A DNA stretch of 63,021 nt, counting the filler, from Sphacelaria rigidula (Eukaryota): NCBI GenBank assembly GCA_964200075.2. It is 8 parts of 8 records of this genome, joined end to end, with 100 filler letters (N's around TTAATTAATTAA, not from the genome) between each part and the next. Parts side by side here need not be neighbours in the genome. Positions count along the whole stretch, not along the records: positions 31,566 to 39,355 come from CAXNAA020013451.1; positions 39,456 to 47,244 come from CAXNAA020013452.1; positions 47,345 to 55,133 come from CAXNAA020013453.1; 5 more parts are not named here. The stretch is one strand, 5' to 3'. The position numbers and the translations under genes were made by a program. Within the stretch, counting starts at the first letter, position 1. Each line of letters opens with the position of its first letter. The notes under the pieces are model-generated. The model ran no database searches, had not been told where the DNA came from, and saw nothing but the letters and a program-made list of their open reading frames with translations. Shown one piece after another: positions 36,771 to 48,236 of the stretch.

Positions 36771-36878
36771 TCGTGGATACTCGCAACAGCACTACAACCA
36801 TTGTGTCATGTTCTAGGGGAAACTATTCCGATTATGGTGCTGTGGGAAGTGTACTTGTAGACGAGCTGAGTGGAGCCT
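36771..36878. promoter_or_regulatory. Putative bidirectional promoter / overlapping 5' UTRs
   Basis: Only 108 nt separate the divergent ATGs at 36770(-) and 36879(+). Confidence 0.55.
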
Positions 36879-38733
36879 ATGGAACGAGATGGAGCCAGCA
36901 GCAATGATGCTAGTGCAAAGGATTTGGTACTGAAAATACTTCTGGTTGGCGCCCCTAAGTCGGTACGTACTGCTCGCAAGGAGGCACCCAAAGATATCAT
37001 GTCGCAGCTGTCAAGTGTTTAAAAACACTGCACTACAGATAGTGAAGTTTTAAGTTTTCGAAGAGAGCAGATGAAATCAGAACAAGTCATATCAGGAGGA
37101 TACCACGCACCAGGGTGCCAAGCGTGCTTTTTTGTGGTATTGGTAGCAAGGCAGATTTTGTTGCGTGAAACGTTGGTATCGTCGCCGTCATGTTGCAGGC
37201 CTGGACAACGGCAGCAGCGGTGTAGTGCATTTTTTATGTGACATCTTACATCGTGAGCGTGGTGCAAGTTACGGTATATAACACCCCCCGCCGGTGATAA
37301 CTTTTACGATCTCATTTCCTCCAACACTACCCCGTCAGTGCTGCCGACAACTATACCAACGTAATTTGCATTGGTATCTTTCGATATTCACGGGATTCCG
37401 GGAGTGCAGGCTCTTCCTTCTGGAGAATCACAAGTGAAAAACATGAGTCTCCAGGGGTGTTATTCCCCGTCACCATACCCCCAAGTCAGCAAGTAGTCCT
37501 GTGCACCTGCTTTTAGACCGTCCCCAAATCGGGGGAGATGCGGGAGTCTCCCGATCTGAGCAGAAAGTTGATAAACCAAAAGTCAGCGTCCAGAGAATCG
37601 GAGAATTGGTCTGTTTTCCTCAGAGCTAGGCGAAAAACATTGCTAAACGGACTGGGGTCGGAAAAATCAATCCACGGGAGGAAATCGGATGAAGACGGGC
37701 TGAAATCCTCATATTTGTACAAATACGGATTGGTTTCTATACAAGTCGGTCTTACTCACACAATGCAAAATCATTGGGTGTGCTGTTTGCAGGCTGTCGA
37801 AATTCCTATTTCACCCGTCTCACTAACTTATTTTGTCCCACGTTGGTGTCCATATTATACGTCCAAGTACGGCATTCCCTGTCCTATTTTACTGACGTTT
37901 TTGTTCTATTTTAGATCCGTTGACGTCCATCACATGCGTCGAAGTACTGTACTGCACTCCCATTTCTAGAAATGAAGCAGATGTTGGTTCTCCAGCGATC
38001 GCTCGAAATTTCCCGCTGGTTCTCCCTCCTGTGCTTGCTGTAGGGAAAGACGTCGTTGGTGAGAAGACTGTGCGACAAGCCATTTCGAGAAGAGTACCTG
38101 CCCACGCTGGGGTTCGACGTCATTGCGGTACCTTACGGCACATACCAGGTAAAAAAACGGCGAATTCATGCGCAAATACGCAAGCCGAAAACAGTTGTGT
38201 TCTGTACTTTGCTCTGGTTGCATGATCTCAAATATGTTACATCGATGGCGTGAGTTGGACAGCTCGGGTGTTACGGTGTCGGCATGTTCATTAGCGATAA
38301 AAAAGTCTGAAGATGTTGGCTCTTGCATACGATTATGGACAAACAAGTGCCGTGAACGGTCGTCAAGTCCACCGAGGTAGCACGAGTTAGTTCGATGAGG
38401 CAGGGAATACGCTACAGATCATGGGATCAAACAAGATGACCTTGCCAGGTAATCGCCCCCAGCTCACGAATCCAGCTTCGAAACGAAAAGCCGCTCTTTT
38501 CCCAGCGTGTTGGATCCTCGACTGAAACAGCAGCGATGCACCACGTGTTATTTGCGCACCAGGGTCGGCCGGTTTCATTACAGCTTTGGGACGTGGCGGG
38601 ATCCCAGCTACACGCACAGCCCTGCCACCACGCCCTTATTGGACAGCGGGCCGACGGAGTGTTGTACGTGCTGGATGTCACGAGTCGGGACAGCCTGCAA
38701 GCTGTTGACGACTGGAATCGGGCCCTTTCAAAG
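36879..38733 (+). CDS. Rab-like small GTPase, 5' part; exons 36879-36962, 38044-38148, 38563-38733
   Basis: LKILLVGAPKS|GKTSLVRRLCDKPFREEYLPTLGFDV..|..VSLQLWDVAGSQ..ADGVLYVLDVTSRDSLQAVDDW; G1, G2 and G3 motifs; all introns phase 0, GT-AG. Confidence 0.9.
37588..37730 (+). repeat. Dispersed repeat, also at ~55666-55812
   Basis: gtccagagaatc.gaga...cgaaaaacattgc..aacg.actgggg...tgaaatcctca.atttgtacaa.tac shared. Confidence 0.7.
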
Positions 38734-40247
38734 GTCAAGACCTTGAACAATAGGTCACAGTAGGAGTGTGCTTTCCTCCCGTTGACCGCAAATACGGCCG
38801 ACCCTTGGCCCCGTTAATCTATACCACGTCGTCGCTTAGTAGGTTTGATTTCTTTGTTCGAGTTAATTGATGGATTGGTCGGTTGGTTGATTGCTTGTCG
38901 CAAATTGAGTGATACTCTAGAAATCCGGTCGCGCTGGCAAGATGAATGAACGTACGTAAGGTAAATGACACGGAAGCACTTGCTGAAGGAAGCTCGAAAA
39001 AGGGAGAAAAACAAAGCGAAAGCAGAAAATGAAACCGAGCAAAAACGAAGAAAAAAAACACACTCACACATCCATACACTCACTCTCACACAAGACATAA
39101 AGGAAAGAGGAGGAAAGTAGGAAAGGGAGGGGGAAATAAATAATGCGAATATATATATCTTGTGCCAGTCCTACTGGGAAAGACACAAATACAAATTAGC
39201 AACACACAGGATGGCCGCCCCCCGCCGCATTACTCCAGGCAAGGAGACGATATAAGACCAGCTGGGGAGGGGGGGGGGGTACTCAGCCGGGGGGGGGGGG
39301 GGGGGAAGGAAAGGAGGGGGGGAGGGACACTCGGAAGAGCACGCTCCCCACCTACNNNNNNNNNNNNNNNNNNNNNNNNNNNNNNNNNNNNNNNNNNNNT
39401 TAATTAATTAANNNNNNNNNNNNNNNNNNNNNNNNNNNNNNNNNNNNNNNNNNNNGGCATGCATGATCATGAGTACACCCCCCCCCCCGCCCTCCCCCCC
39501 CCGCCCCCTGAAAACCCTCGGATGTCCGTCAGCCAGTGAAACTGTTCCGAGGCGACGCTCGCTGTGTAGGGGTTGAGATCTAGGGGGGTTGGGTGCCTCA
39601 ATCACCGTTTTAGAGAAACATTGAAAATGTGCAAGAATTTTGTCTGTCAAACCTGCAGGGTTAGGGTTAGGGTTATGGGCTCTCGTCGTATGCTTCCGGT
39701 AATTTACACGTTCTATTAATTCCACGTGTGCCGACGTAAAATTTTGCGTGTTGATCACCGTATGCAAATACTCTTTCAGGAAAAGTCCCATATTATTCTT
39801 GGTCAAAGGGTTGAAATCTTGCACGAGAAAAGGGATTGGTGCGTGGGCGGGACCCCACTTCTCCAACCCTGAATCTCCCTTGGGCACGAGGGGGGGCAGA
39901 CCGAAAAGCGAAATTAGCGAGCGGGGAATACTTTGCATACGAAAGTAGTACGCGCACGGTGCACTTTACAGCATTTTGTGTGCTTGAGAGCAGTTTCTTT
40001 AAACCTATCGAAACCCCCTCGATCATTGCTAATCACGGCAGGATCTCCTTGTGCGACGCTCGTTTGATAGGCAACCTACAGTCGGCATTCACCATTCGCA
40101 TCCCCTTCGTCGTTTGATGCACACTGCTGATTGAGCACGGCTAGAACGAAGAGTCGACAGTCGATTGCACCTACATTATCTCAAGTTTAATATATTTTTT
40201 CACTTTTTTGTTGTTGTCCTATTTACTTTGGGCACATGTCTCGCCAG

Positions 40248-43200
40248 ATGTTCGACGAGGATAACAGTGGTCAAATTGACGAAGACGAGTTCTTCTTCTT
40301 GCTGCAGTATCTTGGTATTGAGGTATGTGCGCTCCATGGTCAACGTTTGGCTTTCTAGTTCGTTCGTTGTTAATAAACCAGAGAAGGCCAGACCCTGGAT
40401 CCTTACATTCAGATCGGTGTGCTGGTCCCTATTTAGTTGAATGTCGAAGTATCGAAATACCAGGCAAGTTCATCATCCTGTTTTTGGCTGGCCCACAGTC
40501 CCTTGGGCGCGAAGCCAGCAATGACGAGGACGAGTTACTAGGTCTGCTACCATGACGCATGTTGCTGAAAGGAGCATTTTCGATTGTTCGCATATCTGAA
40601 CCGATTGAACCATTCTGCGTTTATGTACGCATGTCCACGAACGTTCCGCGGGCGAGAAATCCCAAGCACGATTTCGTGAGGCATGTGAACATGACAACAT
40701 GTAGAAGGGAGCATGCATGTGACTTACCGGCATGAGGGCAGACCCATTTCGTGACTCGGAGCCACGGCACGCCACGCTTCTCGTGCCCCCTGAACAAGAT
40801 TGATACACCGGTATTTGCTGTTGGTGACATCTCGATTAAAATACATACTTCGGCTACGTTGCGCGCGTAAACCTTGCATGTGTCGGCAACATGACGTTCA
40901 CCTCTGGCGGCAGATAACGGAGCAAAAACAGGAGCAGCTTTTCAACAAGTACGACGCGGACAAGTCGGGATACATCGAGTACGCAGAATTCAAGAAGATA
41001 TGGGCACGCTTGGCGAATGTGAAGAAGGAGCTCACCGACCGAGGAGTGAAAATACCCAAGCTTGCCACGAAGTCTATGCTTTCCAACATGCTCGAAAAAA
41101 TTATCGACATTGAGGAAGATAGGTGAAGCTAATGTGGGGAGAACAGAGAATAGTGGCTACGGCAAACTTCACACTCACGTGATGCCTGAGAAGTGTCGCA
41201 ATGGTAGTTTGCTGCAGTGCATCGTGCATCTGTTTCTGCGATCAATCAGTGGTAGAACCGCAATAGCATCCACGTAGGTGCGTCTTTGGACACACCCACT
41301 ATTTTTCTCTCGAATGTGCTTCTACCCGAGTTCCGGATCGCCCCGCCATCGTTTACCGTCTAAGCCAAACCGACGTCGAAAAAAAAGGACGTGTCCAGTG
41401 AAGAGAACGGGAACAGACTCCGTTGTACTCAACCCCGCCGTGCAAAATAAAAACACACCCACACGAAATAGGGAGCAACGAGCCATAGCGGAAGCAGAGA
41501 GGTGGGCAAAATGGCAGATGCTGCTGAAAGATAAGAAGAGGGCCTACGAGAAGGCCCGCCGGCTGAGCACCACAGAACTTAAATCGGGGCTGGACGCAGG
41601 TGGATCCGTATGGGTGTTCGGCACCGGCCCATTCGGAGAATTCACCGCGCCATCGGTGAAAGTTCTTCGGCAGGGAGAGCACGTGTTCGAGCACTTCGAA
41701 ACGATTCGGGTGAATTGCTTCACTTAGGACGACCGCTAGCGCGGTGAGACATGCGAAGCCGACACATCGCGGCAGCCTGTTTTGCTCGGCAACAGTAGTG
41801 GTAATGTTTCTTACATCTGTGTCTCGGAATTTTGGCTGATTGCAGAGAATGTGGAACACCCGGGTGGAACCCCCGCCGACGGCAGCAGAGCCGACAAAGC
41901 TTGGCCTCAAGCACGAGAAGCGACGCAGAAAGGAAATGGGTCTGCCGAATCCCGACTCCAAGGTAACGAAAATCTGAGAAGTCATGGCGACCGTTTCGTG
42001 CGTCGTTTTGGCTTGTGTGCCATGTGTGTTCGGGTCTTGAGACACTTCCGAACGCGTGTTGACGCCTCTCCATTCCTTTCCTCCCACCTTTAAGCTAATT
42101 TGTACGGGAAAAAGCTCATTAGCGAAGTAAGCTAGTTTGACGCAGTGAAAAAATGTGCCCTTCAGCTTACGGCTAGAGTAGCGAACACATCACCATCTTC
42201 GAAGAAATTACTGCTTCTCAGAACAAACATGAAAATATTACATTAACGGATAGGGTGTTCTTGACGTTCTTGGATTCATCAGTTGCGTACATGTTGCATC
42301 AACCCGCAAAAAATTGTACACAACCGTTCCGACCAGGACCCCCCCCTTCCCATTCCCTTCCATTCATGAGCCTGGTCCGGCGAAAACCCGGCGTGCTCCG
42401 TCCCGGCTTTGTAGGGATGCGAGGTCAATGGTTTGATGACTATGGCATGCATGATCATGAGTACACCCTTCCCATTCCCCTCCCGCCGACGCACTCCGCT
42501 TCTTTGGTCTTTCTTCTCCCTGCGGTGATGAACCAACCAGGACGAAGACGACGATGAAGATCTGGATGTGAAAGCAGGGAATGAAGATAATCATCAGGAT
42601 CCCGAAGAGGATGCCAGAACTAGCCCGTTTGCCGGACTGTGCGTGGCGCAGAGCACAGCCGCGCTGTGGGGTAGGAGGATTGTATCTGTCACGACAAGCG
42701 ACAGTGCTGTGTTTGCCATCGGCGAGTTGGGCGAGGTGAACACGAGGAACGACCTGCAGGGCAAGAGAGTTTGATAACTACACAAATGCGGTTTCGAGAA
42801 CCCTTCCAAAAACGGCAAATTCTCGCTGCTCATTGCGTTGTCTCTGGATTTTGACACTCAAGGGAAACCAGGACACCCTCCATCTCGAACGTTCCATGCA
42901 CGTCGCTCACTCTCCGACCACGGGCATTTGAGCATTCCCTCTCTTGGTGACTTGCCCTTCGTGCTGCTGCGTTTAGGGATATGCCTGGGGCGGCAAGGAT
43001 CACTGGTGGTTCGAAATCAGACCCGATTCGCACTGGCAGACGCATTGGAGAGGCGCTACCACAGAAAGAAGTCGTCTGCTGCTACAGGCACGCGGAATCC
43101 AACGTTTGTGAGGGTTTGATTCATGCTGTATGTGTACCTACGAAACGTCTTCCGTGGCTTCACTTCTGATGTTTGGATAGGCACCCTATGCTTGACCGCC

Positions 43201-46200
43201 GGTTATTGCTAATCTTGAGAATAAAAATATGAGGGTGAACGGGGAAACGTTTTGAGCTCCGATTCACAGAGGTAAAACGATCTACCTTGGTAGCAACGGT
43301 AGCATATGTAGGCACGGAAGCACGTTCATCGTGTCAATATTCCATATATCACGGATTTCTCTGGTGCTGGTGAATGACCGACCACAATCCGCCAACGTGT
43401 CCAGCACCCCCGGAGTTCTTTAGTTGATGAAGATTTGTAGTTGTAATCACGACAGTTGAGTTGCATTTTCCTCCCTGCAGCTCCAGTGCACGGTTACTTC
43501 TGCTGAACAGCGCGAATTACGCGTCCCGTCAACGCTGATGAATTTTTCATTTTTCAGACGCTGGATATGGTCGAACCGGAAGAAGTAGAGCCAGAGGAAG
43601 ACGAGGACGAAGAAGCGGCAGAGGTATTTTCGATCGCACTGCTTCGGGGGAGTATCTTCTAGTTTGTCGACGTTGCTGTTGTGTGACCACACGTCACGAA
43701 TAAAAACGCGGAGAATCGACGGGCGTTGCAGAGACGAGATAGGTTCATTGCGCTTCGGATCTTGTCTTAGCTTCACTGCCCGCTTCAGCCGAGCAACGTT
43801 TCCCCCTGTATTCCCGCAGATCGTTTCAGTATACGTGAGGGGTTGGCCGTTGGCGATTGCGTCAGCCCCTTCCTGTTTTTAACCGCAACAAACAGCGCGA
43901 TCAACAGTCTGCCACCGTTTAGAAACTCCGGGCGCAGACCTGTCATTAACACCAGTAGACGTTGAGTCTACGCCATGCGAATCTCATCGTGTACCCAATC
44001 CATACCGAGGGCACCAGTGCTTAGCTTCTGTCAAGGCAAAACCCCCTACCGAGATCCCCCGTCGGGACTACAGACAATGCAGCTTGCATCGTCAAGATCA
44101 GCGTAAACTAGAAACTTGATGGTCAATACCCGAATTCTATCGATAAACGCGAAACCGCCACTCCAGATTGAAAAGCTGAGAACCCTGACGCTGTACTACG
44201 GAGTATGGAAACCGCCTCCGACCAGTGAGCGGCTCGCCTACATTAAAGACAAGCTTCTCCCACAGATTAAGTGAGCGTGAATGACACCCTTCAGGAGAGG
44301 GCAAGACACGGAGGGGGGGGGGAGTGCATTCGATAGGCATCCAATGTGAAACTGTTGATCAAAGTGGAGGCCTTTGAACCACAAAGTTCGAATTGTTCGA
44401 TTTCCTTGTTTTATGCTGTGCTCGTCTAAGGTGAACTTTTCAGTCTTCGTCAGTCATGCTGTTTGTTACCTGAACAGTCCTTGGCGTTCGCGATGCTTTC
44501 TCCCCCTATTTATCGTCTGCGGGGTTTGAATACATGTCGACAAACGGTGTGATTTTGCTGTGGAACGATGTTGCCGCCGGTGCGCCCCACTGTGCATGCA
44601 TGCGAATGCCGAAGAGAAACGGCGTTTGGCTATTATTCCCACACACTGGGGTTGGGGTGTCGCCAACGGGGTTCGAGTGAGGCGGGGGGTTAACGAGAAC
44701 TCCAAGACGTCTCCAGGTGACGCATGCTCTTCCGTTTCTGATTTTGCTCCTCCTTCGTTGCTGGAAACGCGTGTTGTGGGTGTGGGTGTGGGTGTGGGTG
44801 TGGGTGTGGGTGTGGGCGCGAATGGCGTTCGCCGTAATGCGGATGATAGGCACCAGCAGGTGAGTTACAGTCTCAAGTGCAGGGGGAAGGATGTGGCGGA
44901 CATGAACAAGACGGAGCTTCTTGACCTGCTGCACGACGATATCGTGCTGGAGACGAAGGTACTCTAGGTGCCGGACACAATAAGAAAAACAGCTGTACGT
45001 TCTTTGCGGTTGTTCAAGTACTCATATTGATTCACTGTTCATCAGATGTGGGGAAAATAGTGCAGGAGCCAGCACTGCTTTGGCAGTTCATTCTGCTGAT
45101 CCATGAAAAATTGAATCGAGTCGGTGTGGTAAGGATTGCAGCCTGGTGGATGTTCGAATACGGGTCGAGCGGGCGGAGCTGAAGTTCGACTGCACACCTG
45201 TGTATTAATCACACAGTAAAATCGAAAGATTGAAAAAATAATACGAAATCATGTGCGGCTGGATGCTTTGCCCAGTACTCATCGCACTCTCGACGTAAGC
45301 CGTTTTCATACGTACTCGCATTCCCCGCACGACCTTCTCGTCACAAGCGCATGTCTGTTGTGATCCGAAATCCAAAAGGTCCTCGGCGAGCGTCTTCATA
45401 GGCGGATTCGTCAGCTGGAGCTGGAAACTATACACGTAAGCGGGATGTGTCATGATTTATCCGGAGCGCTTTGTTTCGTCGCGTGCGTACGGGTAGCGGG
45501 CGCCGACCTCAGTGTGTCTGTCGTTGTGCGTCCTTTTTGGTAGGCAGGCAACGTAGCAAATAAGCTGATGCTGCCGTCACATGTGTGTCCCCTGCGTGAG
45601 CCACGCTCAAACTGACCACACATTCCTCTTTCTCCACTCAATACGGCAAAACCATGAACATGGATACCGTATTCCTAAGCTTGCACCGTAACACGTACCG
45701 AGATTTTTGGCGATGTAATCACATCAGGGCCCCCTTCGCTCCAGGCAACTCACGGCCATCCCTGGAGGCAGCAGAAACACCACGTTTGCGGGTGCCTCTG
45801 CAAGACCCAAAGCACAATGCAAATCACGCACACGATGGCTTGGAAACTGCTGTTATTCGCAGAGTATCCCTATGATGACCTCGAGGCGCCCGAGGCTTTC
45901 GTAATTCTTTAGCGAGCGTTTCCGCTCTGGTCACCTTGGGCACGTGTATGTTACGACTACGGCTGGGTCTTTCGGGGATCAGCTTAGGTACTACAATCAC
46001 TCACTCACCCGATCACTCGATCGATCGATCAATCAGTTGGAGGTAGGATTACTCCGACACGTGCACTCAATACTGAAAGGATATGCGGGAAAAAATCGGG
46101 ATTACAGCCCTAATTTCCAACACTGCCAAAATCGAATGGATTCACTAAATGTTTTGTGTACTTCTGCTGCCGACAGGAATATGATCCTCAGTGATTTCCG

Positions 46201-46967
46201 GCCACACGTGATACACTTGTTTTTTACACCAATTCAGATGTCTGAGAGAGGCAAGAATATAATGGAGAAGAGTTTGCGTCTCGAGATCGAGGAGATGTGG
46301 ACGCCCCTGCGAGAGATACAAGCCGAGGACGCAGCTGTGAAGCGCGCAAACGAGGAGTCTAAGAAGGGTACACAATACGCCAAGTGAGCTATTGTAGTAG
46401 TAGGGGAAAGCCTGCCGTATACTCAGAGCGGGGGAAACAATCAGACGGAAACAGCGTTCTTTTTTAGCAAAAAGCCTCGATTTCGCGAGCGATACATCTC
46501 CTGAGAGCGCTATGGTGATTTCCTACGTAGCGACGCTTGGGCGAGGCAAGCAGACACTCCCTCCCCGCGGTCGCCTAATAGCTGTTGACTAGAATGCAGA
46601 AGCGCTGCCGATCGTCTTGACCGATGACGTCTATGAGAGTGCACAATTCACTAAACCCCACATTTTTATGTCCACGAATATCACCGTATCACTCTCTACG
46701 TATTACAACCACTGTTGTTCGCACTCTTCGTTCACAAACGTTTCACGGGTAGCGGCCATCTGTTTTTCTCCGGCGGTTCTTACAACTTAATCGGGCTTTG
46801 TGTCCGACAAACAACGAGCAGGTCGGAGGAGCGGTACGCTGTCTGGCGTGACTATATACGCAAAGCTCGCGACTCGACCGGCCCGGTATTCACCCCCCGC
46901 GGAAACAGCCTCGCACTTACCTTGGGAGGCATTACGGACCGCGCGGGTGGGATTCAAACGCCCCGGG
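40248..46967 (+). CDS. EF-hand plus RCC1-like repeat protein, internal part; exons 40248-40322, 40914-41122, 41472-41709, ~41846-41961, ~42541-42735, ~43558-43623, ~44859-44958, ~46238-46384, ~46821-46967
   Basis: EF-hand loops DEDNSGQIDEDE and DADKSGYIEYAE; RCC1-like VWVFGTGPFGEF and LWGRRIVSVTTSDSAVFAIGELGE; the first three junctions are phase-consistent, later exons are less certain. Confidence 0.75.
42371..42463 (+). repeat. ~95-bp repeat ending in GATCATGAGTAC plus a C-rich run (copies 49933-50025; partial 15478-15520 and 39456-39476; reverse 8046-8094)
   Basis: cctggtccggcgaaaacccgg..tgctccgtcccg.ctt.gtagggatgcgag.tcaatgg..gac.a.ggcatgca.gatcatgagtac. Confidence 0.88.
44775..44816 (+). 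repeat. (TGTGGG)7 hexanucleotide microsatellite
   Basis: tgtgggtgtgggtgtgggtgtgggtgtgggtgtgggtgtggg. Confidence 0.92.
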
Positions 46968-48236
46968 TGAACGAAGCTCCGAGGAAAATAGTGCACTACA
47001 CTTGGTTAGCGTCTCCCTTGTGATGAGGTTCCGCAAAACTTTCGGCCGTTGAGTCCTCCGCCTCCAGCGCACGTTTATCGTTACTGGGGTACATGGTTGT
47101 TCCTGAGTGTATGGTATGTTGAAGGGGGAGAAGGAGGGAGGGGCCCAAGGGAACGGGGGGGGGGGGGCCTGATGAGGAGGAATGCCATGGGCACGGGACC
47201 GTCGGCGGGGAGGGCGGAGGGTGGGGGGGGGGAGCGGGACGCGGNNNNNNNNNNNNNNNNNNNNNNNNNNNNNNNNNNNNNNNNNNNNTTAATTAATTAA
47301 NNNNNNNNNNNNNNNNNNNNNNNNNNNNNNNNNNNNNNNNNNNNTCACTCTCTCTCAGGTAGGTTTGTTGTGCTTGCCTTTCGGCGGCGGGAGGGGGGGG
47401 TACTTTTCTGGCTGTGTAGTGCACGCGTGCACTGATGTTAAGATGGGCTTTCAACTTCATGTCGATTGCCTCGAAGGTACGGGCTTGTACGTGTTGATAT
47501 TGTATTATCAAGGGTACCCTTGACGTGTTTGTTATTCCGCATGCAGTTGCTAAAGACAGGTGATATCTGTACGCACCGACCAAGGTGTCTGTCTCCATAC
47601 TGCCACGCGGTATCATGGTACGGCTACTATTCGGTGCTTGCAGTTGCAGGCACGTAGCTCATCTTCAGCTTCCACTGTGAAACCACAACGTGGATATCTG
47701 GGCATGGATGGGGCGCAGCAATGCATGCATGATCCGTAGGCTCTCAGCGGGCGACACGAAATGCCGAGTGCGAGCGACGAAACGAATTGCTGCCGAAATC
47801 CGCAACAAGAGTTGACAAAACGCGGCAATCATGTAGTCCTTCAATGAACACGCTTGTGACGATGACGTGCCAGGCACTCGTCTATAAGAGACACCCGGTA
47901 TCTGGTTGTAGAATCACGCAACCGTAGCTCAACGGCAACATCAACAACGACAACGACAACAACAAGAACTCAAGGAAACGCAGCTGGAAATCACGGCGTC
48001 TGGGTTTACCCCTACCTAGCCCCCCCCCCCAAAACAAACAAACAAACAAACAAACAAACAAAACAAGCACACCATATTATCTCTTATTTTCACCCGCAAA
48101 CGCCCCTACAACACACCATACGGTCTGGATACCTCAAACGGTCCAGCAGGTATTCTGAAGACAGAACATGCATGCACATAAAGATAACGCTTAACAACGA
48201 GCAAACATGAATGTTTCAGGTCCGTCCCTTGAGGGT

